A stretch of 62,620 nt of DNA, filler included, from Globobulimina sp. (taxonomy: Eukaryota), in NCBI GenBank assembly GCA_003354225.1. It is 30 parts of 30 records of this genome, joined end to end, with 100 filler letters (N's around TTAATTAATTAA, not from the genome) between each part and the next. Parts side by side here need not be neighbours in the genome. Positions count along the whole stretch, not along the records: positions 35,556 to 37,545 come from PIVH01009947.1; positions 37,646 to 39,635 come from PIVH01009948.1; positions 39,736 to 41,725 come from PIVH01009949.1; positions 41,826 to 43,815 come from PIVH01009950.1; positions 43,916 to 45,905 come from PIVH01009951.1; positions 46,006 to 47,995 come from PIVH01009952.1; positions 48,096 to 50,085 come from PIVH01009953.1; 23 more parts are not named here. The stretch is one strand, 5' to 3'. The number at the start of each line of letters is the position of its first letter. Position 1 is the stretch's first letter. The notes beneath the pieces are model-generated. The model saw only the letters and a program-made list of their open reading frames with translations, was not told where the DNA came from and searched no databases. This document shows positions 37,339 to 48,450 of this stretch, piece after piece. The position numbers and the translations under genes were made by a program.

Positions 37339-37545
37339 TCAAAAAATAAATATTGACACAAAGGCAAATAGAATAACATGAATTATGCTGTATTGAATGC
37401 TTGCTGATTTTTGTGTTGGTGCGGGATTTTGTGTTGGTGCAGGAGTTTGTGTCTGTGATTTTTGTGTTGGTGCAGGAGTTTCTGATGATTCACAAAAATC
37501 GTTGTTCTCCTTGATGTCAACACCGTTTTTGTAGCAACCACTTGT
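37339..37545 (-). CDS. 3' end of the same GPI-type protein
   Basis: ...TPAPTQNPAPTQKSASIQYSIIHVILFAFVSIFIF*; 37427-37545 is identical to 35556-35674. Confidence 0.8.
   Translation of the reverse strand, partial: TSGCYKNGVDIKENNDFCESSETPAPTQKSQTQTPAPTQNPAPTQKSASIQYSIIHVILFAFVSIFIF
37427..37545. repeat. 119-bp terminal direct repeat of the contig (partner 35556-35674)
   Basis: Base-for-base identity of the first and last 119 nt of contig 35556-37545. Confidence 0.95.
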
Positions 37546-37645
37546 NNNNNNNNNNNNNNNNNNNNNNNNNNNNNNNNNNNNNNNNNNNNTTAATTAATTA
37601 ANNNNNNNNNNNNNNNNNNNNNNNNNNNNNNNNNNNNNNNNNNNN

Positions 37646-39635
37646 TGATTATCATTCGCACGCCGCACATTAGTGTAATTCCCCGGTGCTTTTTTGTATT
37701 CGTCCACTGCATAGCCATTGCCATTAATACTTCCATTCCCATTCCACTCATTATTCGTTATTCCAGTGCCTAACCGAAACATTTTCGCAGTCGATGAGAG
37801 CGTCGCTTCTGTGCTGTTATGCGGTGTAAAAACGCCACCAGTTTGTAGCTGCGAATGTGGGTCAAACGGTGGCGATATTTTGCTTTTATTATCACGGAAA
37901 TGAGAGCGCATTGGCGGCCGTATGGGCGCCGAAGGTATCTTTTGGGCCTCCTTCCTCGCTGAAAAAGCACTGGCATGCGGATTCAGTGACGATTTGACTT
38001 TCTGTTCGCGGGCTCGTACCGGTATGCTAAGGGTCGGCGGACGTATCATATCATTTATGTCATAATCCATTATATCAAACTCATTGCTGTAGATTGCACC
38101 GACTGTAATCGGCGCAGTTAACGGCGTATTGTTGCTATACGAGTCATGTCGGTCTAATATCTTGTTATTATTATACGTACTCGGCGATAATACTGCAACT
38201 TTCTCGTTTTTAGGTGTGATTTCCGCCGATTTGCTGGGCTTTTTATGCCATGGATTGGTGAGTGGTTTCTTAGTCAGAATAACCGCGATCGACGAGGTAT
38301 CCGTAGACACTTCACACACTTTATTGTCATTATTGACATCCTCCACAATGTCGTACGAATTGTCCGTAGTATTTGTACCTACAACACTTGGATCCGAATG
38401 CGAGTGAGAGGAGACCGAATGCGATGAACTCGTACGTTCGCGGTGATTTATGATGGGCTCATCGTGGGTTTGTGGCGAGGTGGGGATCGAAGAGGGATCG
38501 ATAAACGTTTCGTCATCGCCAGGATGCCAAAACCAGCAATCCATCCTTGAACATTCCCGGCCAAAGCGACAATTGATGGGTTTACCGACAATATCTCCGG
38601 ATTTCGGGGTACTGCGTCGTCTGCGCACTACCGAGCCTTTATCCGTTGGATGGCGGAATGGACACTGTCTGGAATTGCGGCAATTTGGCCAAAAGTCGCA
38701 GTTTACGTTCCATAGCCAATGGTCGCGTGGCTCGTCATCGTCTGTGCTTTTTTTATTTTTATTGTTGTCGGTTTTTCTTCGATATTTGGTGTTGTTGTCC
38801 TTTGGAGAACGTTTGTTTTGCGATTGTTGTCGTGGCGGTATGTTGCGAGAACGGTTGTGGTTTTGGTTGAAATTGTACTTTTTCGACGGCGATTTGAGGT
38901 TTTTCGTGTTTTTGTTGAGTTTGGGTACATTTTTGGGTCGTTTTTTGAGGTTTATTGAGTCAGAGGATGTCGATTCAGATATATTGGATAACGAATCATC
39001 ATCGTCCGCTACGTTGGCATCGATGGAGGCGGATTTGCTGACCTCTGACGATACGGATAGCGGTTCGTCGTTGTCTTCATTTGGGAGCAATTTTTTCTTG
39101 TCGGTTTTATTGAGAACATTGGATACATTGTCGAGTAATTTCGTGTGCTTCGATTGATTTTTTTTCGTTTTCTTCTTACCCTAAATATGATAGAATTTAT
39201 TTACAGATTAAAAAATTTATAAATGAATGATCATACAATGTTCTTCTTTTTTTTTTTTTGCAATTTTTTAAGCTTATTTTGGGATCTCCGGTGCTGTTTT
39301 TTTTTTAATTTATTTTTATTTTTATTATGCAGGTTCAACAGCGATGGGTTATCCATATTGTTTATATTATGTTTGCCAGCAATAACCATCGACATTTTTG
39401 TGTCTTCCTCCTCTTTGTCTGATTTTATGCCGGTCGATATTGAGGAGGTGCCAATGGAGGTTGCATCCGAACACACGGAGGATGTGCCACTGCCGCTGGT
39501 CTCTGCGGATATGGCACTGCTCGGCGTGGCTGGATTGGGTGCCATATTCAGTGAAATACTTTGCGATTTTATTAGTTTTAATTTACATATTTCATTATCT
39601 TTTGCAGTCTTATTATCTTTATTATCTATGCCAAC
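37646..39635 (-). CDS. Low-complexity CCCH zinc-finger protein with a PAM2-like motif, partial (intron 39181-39236)
   Basis: CDFWPNCRNSRQCPFRHP and CRFGRECSRMDCWFWHP; SSLNPHASAF. Confidence 0.82.
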
Positions 39636-39735
39636 NNNNNNNNNNNNNNNNNNNNNNNNNNNNNNNNNNNNNNNNNNNNTTAATTAATTAANNNNNNNNN
39701 NNNNNNNNNNNNNNNNNNNNNNNNNNNNNNNNNNN

Positions 39736-39928
39736 TATCGCCGTGAATGATCTAGTACTAATTGCCGAACCCTCCGGTTCCCGTGGGCAATGGCCATTGG
39801 CAAGAGTAACATCTGTGCAGAAGGACAAAGATGGGTTAGTTCGCATTGTCGAGCTTAAGACCAAAGATGGGCAACTCCGACGACCAATCACCAAACTTTG
39901 TCGCCTGATGGCTGTGGATGAAAACTGA
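39736..39928 (+). mobile_element. Bel/Pao LTR retrotransposon integrase C-terminal (DUF5641) fragment
   Basis: NDLVLI.EP...RGQWPLARVT...DKDGLVRIVELKT..GQLRRPITKLC.L*. Confidence 0.9.
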
Positions 39929-40025
39929 ACATTCACTGAAACTTACGTGCATTAGTACTACCTATGTATTATTGAAATGGGAACATGTATTTAGTTCATT
40001 GCATTGTGCAAGAATAAGAAGGCGA

Positions 40026-40277
40026 TATAAAGCATTATCATTCAGAGATGATAACACATATAATGCAGATACCTGGGATGAATTTACTAGTAGAATTAAA
40101 ACGGGAGGATTTGTTCTCGCTCATTGGGATGGCACCTCTGAAACAGAGCAGATTATAAAGGATAAAACAAAAGCTACGATCAGAGTAATCCCTGTAGATG
40201 GGAAATTTGAAGAAGGTAATTGCATCTTAACAGGTGAACCATCAAAACAAAGGGTAGTGTTTGCCAAAGCTTATTAG
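40026..40277 (+). CDS. proS: Prolyl-tRNA synthetase C-terminal fragment, Bacteroidota type
   Basis: [30 protein letters not shown]...[18 protein letters not shown]. Confidence 0.9.
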   Translation, partial: YKALSFRDDNTYNADTWDEFTSRIKTGGFVLAHWDGTSETEQIIKDKTKATIRVIPVDGKFEEGNCILTGEPSKQRVVFAKAY

Positions 40278-40396
40278 GGTTTAGAGTTCTGGGGGTATAG
40301 ATTTGAGTTGGGGTTGAAGTTTATCCTCTTTTCACTCGCTCATCCCCTCGCCCATTCACCCCCTCACCAAGTCGCTCATTCAAATACTCTGTTCTA

Positions 40397-40815
40397 CTAA
40401 TCAGCCAGCTTAATCAGTTCACCCGAACCCAGATTATCAAAAGTAACTGTTGCTGGATTACCTGCATAATAGATATTTCCAATATTCTCGATAGTGGCAC
40501 CTAGATGTGTTTTAGCCATTAGATAAACATCATTGCTACTTCTGTTATTAACATAAACAAAGCCTGTTTCCAAATTCACAATATCTATTAATCCAAAGCT
40601 AGACGAATAAATATACGACAAGCCACATCTACCATTAAGAATTATATCAGCAGTACCATAATACAATGCACAATACAATCTTTCAACCACAATGTTCATA
40701 TCAATTTGTCCGGCACCCTCATATACGTTTATCCAAAGTGTATCGGTTACTAATGTATCTGACGTATTAATATCCCCAATCGAGCGATAATCAACAGTAT
40801 CAATATCCACATAAT
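40397..40815 (-). CDS. DUF2807 / head-GIN beta-helix protein C-terminal half, Bacteroidota type
   Basis: YRSIGDI...EGAGQI...GTADI..NG...GNIYYAGNP...GSGELIK*; convergent with proS. Confidence 0.78.
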
Positions 40816-41152
40816 AGGAACATAAACCAGTTTGGTTGTAATATTGAGTGAATACGACACAATATGTGGTGTCGTATACGTTGATGTCAAATTGTTGGAA
40901 TGTTTTGGAGGTGGATATTGCAAATATATCTGTTAAATCACGACTGGATATATTAGGTTGATGATGAGACGTATATTCGTATTCAATGTAGATTTGATAG
41001 ATGGTGTTGTATTCTTTTGGTATAGCGGTTGTAGTGTAATATTTACTCGATTCAATTGCAATGGAATGTGTGGCTAGAAAGTCGGTAGTGTTGGTTGCAT
41101 GTATTGTGGTGATGAGGAATAGAGCGTTACAAAAGCAGACAAAGAGTGACAT
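40816..41152 (-). CDS. N-terminus of a eukaryotic-style secreted protein, in frame with the DUF2807 fragment
   Basis: MSLFVCFCNALFLITTIHA signal peptide and Thr-rich host-like composition. Confidence 0.5.
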
Positions 41153-41462
41153 CGTTGACACCGTAGACAAAGTGGAAACTGTTTTCTAAAAAAAATGTAG
41201 CTGAACAGTTTTTTTTATGAATGCACGCAAACAAAAAACAGTAAAAAATTCTTGAACACTCAATATGATTATAATGTTGACAAACAATAGTATTTTACCA
41301 AAAGGCAGTAAAATTATTTATTTTCGCATCATCCTGAAGGTAGTTTAATTATTTATGAAGGTAGTTTAAAGCTAATGCACAGTTGTTACTTATTTATGGA
41401 CCAGAGGCTAAAGCGAGAAAACTTTTCATACAAAAACTTTGTATATATAATCTATTTTTTAA

Positions 41463-41725
41463 ATGGCACTCAAAACATCTCATAGCACTTCCGCTTACTT
41501 GTCTGTCGTGGGTGGCTTCTTTACATTGATGGCTGTGGGCTCCACACAAATGACCTTTGGTAATATTCTGCCATATATTGCAAGTTACATGGCGTCAAAA
41601 CACAAAAACACTGCAGAAAATTATCAATATTATACTGATCAAGGTACCTGGATCTATGTTACCATGACAATATTCTTTGTGTTTGGCAGTGTATGCGGTG
41701 CAAAATTATCACAATGTGTTGGTGG
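41463..41725 (+). CDS. MFS transporter (oxalate:formate antiporter-like) N-terminus
   Basis: SVVGGFFTLMAVGSTQMTFGNILPYIASY...WIY. Confidence 0.75.
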
Positions 41726-42283
41726 NNNNNNNNNNNNNNNNNNNNNNNNNNNNNNNNNNNNNNNNNNNNTTAATTAATTAANNNNNNNNNNNNNNNNNNN
41801 NNNNNNNNNNNNNNNNNNNNNNNNNTATTATTGGGTTTTTTTATTGACTCGGAAACTGTAAATACAAATGCTTTGGCAATCAATACAATGTGGACGTTTT
41901 GGGGGTTTTGTAATAAATTTTGGATCTCTAAATTAATGAAAATGTTTGCATTTAAAATAATATATCATAATAAATGTGTTCGACAATTATTGTAAGGGCA
42001 ATGTCAACGTCATATGGTGATGAGAAATGTGCTAGAAATTACAAAATAAATATGGTGAATATTATGAATTTTCTACAAATGACTAGTCCAATAACTCAAA
42101 CGCCAATATTTAATAGGTACACATAATCACATACAAATCAACCAGCCCTTCAATATTTTTGTCGTGCTCCACAATGATTGCACCCGCTGCTCCGCATCCA
42201 AGCTGTACGCCAACCGAATGCTCGCGTTGTTACTAATGAAATAAAAAAAACACCTCTTAGTCACTAAGCATACAGTATAGAAC

Positions 42284-43237
42284 ATGTTTGTGTTGTCAAT
42301 ATGTGCTTTATTATTGCCAGAGATAATACATTGTGAACTCTATGAAACCTTAGAAGGGACTCCGTGCCCAATAAGTTTGATCGAATCTGATATCAAAAAG
42401 AAACTAGCAAACGAATGTTCATCATCCACGCAGAAACCTAATCGCACATTGATTAAATGGCTTTATCCCTATGAAATGATGCGTTTTTCATGTCCATTCA
42501 GCAATATTCAACAAAAAGTATCACAAAAAATAATGTCATGGAAACAACATCAATTAAATGCATCCCACAACAACGGATATAATGACAGCAATCCATATAT
42601 TGCACAGCAAGTATTTTTTCAAGACAACTTGAATGACCATATGTCGCTGAATGGAGTCTCCAAATGTCGCGATGTAGATATTGTATTCCATATCGATGCT
42701 GACCATATTGGTAACAGTATGTGTTTACAATTCAAACAAACCGAAATTTTAGAAATAATCCGTGTGGGCCGACATTTTCGTATTCCAGCCCTAAGTCAAC
42801 AGTTTGCGATTCGTGCAACACGGTCCATTCCAATACATACCATACTTGGCAGGTTTTGTGGCGATGAAATGTTTAGTTTTGAATATACGGAACTTTATCA
42901 GGACACATGTGAATATACAATGCGTAATCACTACAGAATGAGCATGGAATGCCCGAATGACACATTTAGTGACATCCAATGTCCATTCAGTGGCAGGGAT
43001 AATCAGATTGTATTGGATGAATTGGATCCGTTCCCAGCCAATCCCATGGTGATTATGAATGATGTTCGAAAAGATATTTCAAATAAAGACTTGACAGAGG
43101 ATGATAGGCGATATTGGAACGCTGAATTTCATCATGTACATGTTAATGGATGGTCGTTGTTATATGTTGTCTCCACGCAACCAATTTTTGTTGGACAGGA
43201 AATTGCCGTTTACTACGGACCAAATTATGTGTTGTAG
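42284..43237 (+). CDS. SET-domain protein
   Basis: FAIRATRSIP..TILGRFCG, IMND, NAEF, VVSTQPIFVGQEIAVYYGPNY. Confidence 0.85.
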   Translation: MFVLSICALLLPEIIHCELYETLEGTPCPISLIESDIKKKLANECSSSTQKPNRTLIKWLYPYEMMRFSCPFSNIQQKVSQKIMSWKQHQLNASHNNGYNDSNPYIAQQVFFQDNLNDHMSLNGVSKCRDVDIVFHIDADHIGNSMCLQFKQTEILEIIRVGRHFRIPALSQQFAIRATRSIPIHTILGRFCGDEMFSFEYTELYQDTCEYTMRNHYRMSMECPNDTFSDIQCPFSGRDNQIVLDELDPFPANPMVIMNDVRKDISNKDLTEDDRRYWNAEFHHVHVNGWSLLYVVSTQPIFVGQEIAVYYGPNYVL

Positions 43238-43305
43238 AAACTTGAGCAGGATAATAATAATTAATGACATATTTTACTAAAGGTTTTTAACTTAAAGTTG
43301 AGGTC

Positions 43306-43815
43306 ATGACTTCTACAGAGCGCAAAGGGAAAACGAGAACCAAACTGTCGGATATGTTTAAGCGAAGCTCCACCAAAAACAACAAGCCACCGCCCAAAGG
43401 CAGGAAAAATAGATACCGATCATCATCTGTACCAGAAAATGAATTCGAAGATATCAATATAAATCTAAAATATATAAAACCGCAAACAACTGCCGGCTAC
43501 GCTTCACACACAAAAGCTTTTATATTCAACGACGAAGACAACATACAAACTACTAACACACCACACAAATTGGCCTCTCCTCGCTCAAAACACCAGGCAC
43601 AGAGCTCCCTAAACCTCGTTCAAAATCCCTTAAGCTTGGGATCCATCATAAATCCGTCCGAAAAACACCCAAATCCTTTATCCAATGTCGCCTTAATCGA
43701 CCTAGAAACTATAATGCAAGAAATAGACTCGCAAAAAGTCCGCATCAACATCAGAAACGACGATTCATTTTCGTCCATATCCTCGTTTGGCGGCATCGAC
43801 AGTTACATCTCTACC
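43306..43815 (+). CDS. Hypothetical disordered protein N-terminus
   Basis: ATG-started ORF running into the spacer. Confidence 0.55.
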
Positions 43816-43915
43816 NNNNNNNNNNNNNNNNNNNNNNNNNNNNNNNNNNNNNNNNNNNNTTAATTAATTAANNNNNNNNNNNNNNNNNNNNNNNNNNNNN
43901 NNNNNNNNNNNNNNN

Positions 43916-45905
43916 ACAGCAAGCAAAGGCTTTCCATTCAGACACTCTCTAAACATTACTCCCAAACCATTGTTATCCCACGCACCTAAACAAAACGCAA
44001 AAGCAGATTACGACGAAGATGATGACTTAAAAAAACCATTACATTTGATCCACACTAAATCCTCCTCTCCACACAAACCATCATCTAATAACAGCTCCAA
44101 ATCGTCCACCGCCTCCTTACCACAAACACCTAAAATATGCAGGCCCAGCCACAGCAACACTCCCTCGGCGACGCAGTCCACCTCACAGTCACTCAGTACG
44201 TCCGCGTCTCCGTCGCCCGGTGTTTTAAAAAATAAACAAAATATCCCCTCTCCACAGCGTATCCCCACAATCTCACTGCGCTCCTTCCACACTCTGAACC
44301 ACGTCGAATTTTATAAACCTATTCCAATCTCACAATCTCGCTCCACACAGTTCGAGATTATCAACGAAACCTACAACCACAAATCCATTCAAATCAAGAA
44401 AAAGAAAAGCAAAAATGATTACATTTCCTGCATTGACATATTGCCCACAGCCATCGAATTAAAACGATATGAAACATGCATAATCACTGTGACCTGCACG
44501 CCCATACAACCAATGCGCATCAAAGAAGTGATTGCGATCGAATGGGATTCGCATAGCATCGAAGTGCATGTCCATGCCATTGGTTTCACCAAAAACATAT
44601 CCAAACACAAGAAACACCGACAGAGAGGATACAGGAAGCGATCATTGAGCAATATGCGGCAGGAAGATACTGATAAATGTAACTCTGTGCAATCCAGTTT
44701 GGAATCTTCCGGATCAAACTCATCGAAAAATAGTGCTCGATTACAGCGGCGGAAACGAAGGAGTCGGCGACCTATGTTATCGCCGACTATTCGGAGGGAG
44801 AAGACCTTTACGGCTGCGCCCTTTGCCTCGCCCGCACCAAATAAACTACGTCGCAATTTTGTGTTTGATAAAGGTAATAATAGCAATGCATTGTCAGTGG
44901 TGCTGGAAAGTGGTAGCTTTTCGCCAAAATTCTTTAAGAAAAGGCGGCTGATTCAGCCTGAAAATCCATCGCAAAATAAGGAAATACAACAATTTGAACA
45001 GTTGTGTGCTCAGAAAAAATGTCAACAGTTAATGCAATGTAACAAAATGAAAGGGAGACAACTACAAAGAGAACGATATTATTTTGGTGTCATCAAATCA
45101 CAATTGATGAGCAAAAGAGTGCGTGGAATGTATTTAAATTATAAGAATGCGGCAATTGTAATACAATCCAGCTTCAAAACGTATTGTATGAAGAAGAAAT
45201 ATAATGAATATATGGCTGAATTGCAGAAAAAAGAAGAAGAGCGACAACAGGAACTATTACACAAACAGCGTGAGGAACAAATACGGTTAAAACAAGAAAG
45301 AGAATCCGCATTAACTCAATATTTAATGTGCATGATACATTGTAAAAGAGCGCGACATAAATATAAAAATATGCAACATTGCAGTATTGTGTTACAAAGT
45401 TTTTTTAAAACCTATATTGCACAGAAAAAATATCACCAAAAACGCAATGGATTGATATTAATTCAATCGTATATTCGTACTAAAATATGCCGTTATAAAT
45501 ATTTCAATATTTTGCAACAAACTAAAATACAAAAACAGCGACGAGAACGAGAGAAAAAACAATGTATGTTATGGCTAATCTCATTGTGGAGAATGCGGAA
45601 ATTCCGAACAAAGCTTGCGGAGAAACGACGATATATTGCGATGACTAATAATGCAGCGACGTATATACAGTCATGGTTTGTTGGTGCAATGTATCGAAGA
45701 ACGTACATTGAATACCAACTAAAAGAGAGACAAAGAAAACGAAATGAAGCAAGTGTTTCTATCCAATCCTGGTTTAAAGGGAGTCTGTATAGGAAAAAAT
45801 ACATTGATTATATGCGATATCAACGTAAGAAACAATGTGTGTTATCCCTGGTATCCTTATGGAGAATGAATAAGTTCCGAAGTATGGTGGATGAGAAACG
45901 GCGAT
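43916..45905 (+). CDS. IQ-motif-rich protein with an Ig/ASH-like segment (ASPM-like architecture), partial at both ends
   Basis: Repeated IQSxxR/K motifs (IVIQSSFK, LIQSYIR, YIQSWFVG, SIQSWFKG); FEIINE...ITVTCTP beta-sandwich-like segment. Confidence 0.72.
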
Positions 45906-46207
45906 NNNNNNNNNNNNNNNNNNNNNNNNNNNNNNNNNNNNNNNNNNNNTTAATTAATTAANNNNNNNNNNNNNNNNNNNNNNNNNNNNNNNNNNNNNNN
46001 NNNNNATTCTTGTGTTTATTGACTGTATTTTTCTTTGTATAATTATGTACAATTAGCATATACGCCATGCACCACATTAGTCCACCTACACCGAACAATT
46101 CATAGTAGCACATTCTCTGCCAAAATATTTGTTGCTCGTGAGCCTGGAATCGGACTTACAACCGATTGGATTTTGTAAAATATGTTCAATGGATGGAGAT
46201 GAAGCTG

Positions 46208-46297
46208 TTAATGTTCAAAATTTACGGTCTTTAGAAAAATATTCAAAATCTACGGTCTTTAGCATTAATGTTCAAAATCTACGGTCTTTAGAAAAAT
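46208..46297. repeat. Short tandem repeats of TTCAAAATYTACGGTCTTTAG (3 copies)
   Basis: Three near-identical units directly upstream of the RING gene. Confidence 0.85.
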
Positions 46298-46340
46298 GTT
46301 TTTTTTTAGAGTTTTTGTACCAACAATTAATTTGTGAAAA

Positions 46341-47399
46341 ATGGCAGCATGTCAAACACCATTAGAATATATATCATCATTCGCGGATTGTGAATTATAT
46401 TATGACTTTTCTCGTGGGCCAAATCAAAGAATAAATAATTCGATATTTACTGAAAATAATCTCTTTGCAAATATTGTCAATAATGAATATGTAAACATCT
46501 CCAATCCTTCAAACATGATAATCTCAAATTCGCCATCATCACCAACAGATTATTCAGTACTGTTTGATATGGAATTTATAACATCTTCAGTTTCTTCACA
46601 TGTTGGATATTTTTGGAGTGCAGATAATGGAAAATATCAATTTTTGTACATCGATGGTGAGTTTGGAATGTCAAACAAAGCGGATGGGACACTGACATTT
46701 GCTGCATCTAAAACCATTAATATGGCTCAAAGACATTTAGTTTTATATAAAAGTAGTTTAGAAAGTGTAGAATTATATGTTGATGCTATATACAAAGGAA
46801 AAGAAATTTTTTCCAACACTGGTCTACATTCGCCGTATTCTGTAAAACTCGGTGGATCGGTCCGTTCAGACAGACATTTTGAAGCAATGGATATGAAAAT
46901 ATATAGATATGCATATTATTCGGGCGGTTTAACATCAAATGAAATTGCAGAAATGTGTAACATTACAAAAACACATTCAAATACAAATGTAAGTACAAGC
47001 ACAAATGGAGGAAACTTATCGGGAATGGGTGTTTTTGGACTTCTGTATATTGTGGTAATACCATTATGCATCACCATGATGATTATTGTATTATGTCTCA
47101 TATTACGCTATAGATATAAAAGAAAGAGAGCAGAGTCATTACAAAAGTGCCGCGAATTGAAGAATCTGAGAAAAAAAATGAAAAAATTGAAGCAAATGGA
47201 GAAAGATTTTGATTCGAATTCCAATAATACATTGAGAAAAAATACCGAATACGAATGTGTGATTTGTTTGGATAATGTTAAAGAATATATTTGTACACCA
47301 TGCGGACATTGGTGTTTGTGTAAAGGCTGTAAAGATAAAGTAAAAAAATGCCCATTATGCCAATCAAAATGTGAATCTATTATAAGAGTTTTTAAATAA
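46341..47399 (+). CDS. LamG/ConA-like domain + single TM + C-terminal C3HC4 RING (probable membrane E3 ligase)
   Basis: HLVL....VELYVD; TM LLYIVVIPLCITMMIIVLCLIL; CVICLD...PCGHWCLCKGC...CPLC. Confidence 0.85.
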   Translation: MAACQTPLEYISSFADCELYYDFSRGPNQRINNSIFTENNLFANIVNNEYVNISNPSNMIISNSPSSPTDYSVLFDMEFITSSVSSHVGYFWSADNGKYQFLYIDGEFGMSNKADGTLTFAASKTINMAQRHLVLYKSSLESVELYVDAIYKGKEIFSNTGLHSPYSVKLGGSVRSDRHFEAMDMKIYRYAYYSGGLTSNEIAEMCNITKTHSNTNVSTSTNGGNLSGMGVFGLLYIVVIPLCITMMIIVLCLILRYRYKRKRAESLQKCRELKNLRKKMKKLKQMEKDFDSNSNNTLRKNTEYECVICLDNVKEYICTPCGHWCLCKGCKDKVKKCPLCQSKCESIIRVFK

Positions 47400-47774
47400 T
47401 GTTAATTTATTATAAGTTTTATTATTGTTTTCTTATCACGGAATTATTAACTTATTTATCAGGATTGAAATGTTATTTTGTATTTATATAATATCAAAAC
47501 TGATTATATAGTTTTTGTATTATTTAATTTTATTACATATTTTTTCCCCATATTTTCAGATATTTGTTGTACAGAGTACACTCATCAACGCTCTGTTTTT
47601 TCTGATATAACGACAACTTGTTGGATGTAATGTACTAAATGTAGGACCCATTGTAGGATCTAAGCTAGCGGGTGGGTTATTGTATGTGATGTCTCCTGGG
47701 GTCTCGCACGTATTTGCGTTTGTTTTCGCTATCCTGACATTTATACATACATCGATCCGAGAGTTGGATCATTG

Positions 47775-47942
47775 ACAATTAACTTTTTTGGCTTAGTTTC
47801 GTTTCGTTTCATTTCAACGACCTAGATCATCGAATACTAGGTCAACTTTGAATACTAGGTTGAAAACCACTCTAGCTAACCCAAAAACTTTGCTAATCGT
47901 TGAAATGAAACGAAACGAAACTAAGCCAAAAAAGTTAATTGT
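47775..47942. repeat. 168-bp element with perfect 46-bp terminal inverted repeats (MITE or foldback-like)
   Basis: 47775-47820 is the exact reverse complement of 47897-47942; the 76-bp core contains gaatactaggt twice. Confidence 0.85.
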
Positions 47943-48095
47943 AGACAGCTGGTTCTTTGTTGCTTTGTTTGTAAATGTGCCAAAAACCGATTACTNNNNN
48001 NNNNNNNNNNNNNNNNNNNNNNNNNNNNNNNNNNNNNNNTTAATTAATTAANNNNNNNNNNNNNNNNNNNNNNNNNNNNNNNNNNNNNNNNNNNN

Positions 48096-48450
48096 AGGGA
48101 CTTGATCTGCTCAATAACGCCCTCAATGCGTTCATTGCGTCCGGCATTGTAATGCTGATCCGCCTCAATGCGGAGTTGTTGGGCGAGATCGCCATATTTG
48201 TGACGTTGCTGGATTTCATCGATCAACTCATAAGCAGCCTCAAAATCCTGTTGACTGATTTTTTGAGACACTGCCTGATGTAGGGATTCGCGTTCCGTAT
48301 CGCGGAAGGCAATGGCCTTGGCATTTTCGCTCAGACGCGTACTGCGTTCGATCTCAGCGAGTCCATCTGTAATGCCTCCCAAGGCCTTGGCCACTTCTTC
48401 CATCTTGACGCTATTGTCTTTTAGGGTGTCGACTATGTTGGATATGCGCC
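48096..48450 (-). CDS. Bacterial hypothetical protein fragment (planctomycete-like), higher GC
   Basis: LSENAKAIAFRDTERESL...QQDFEAAYELIDEI; abrupt compositional switch near 48450. Taxon from recall, not a search. Confidence 0.55.

Noticed and set aside
39918-40277. 119-aa ORF as a single gene
   Set aside because: Only the last 83 or so residues are ProRS; the start is read-through from retrotransposon 3' sequence.
42284-42335. Signal peptide on a SET-domain protein (secreted methyltransferase)
   Set aside because: An AG acceptor-like site lies just upstream, so the ATG may be internal to an exon; this cannot be supported without transcripts.
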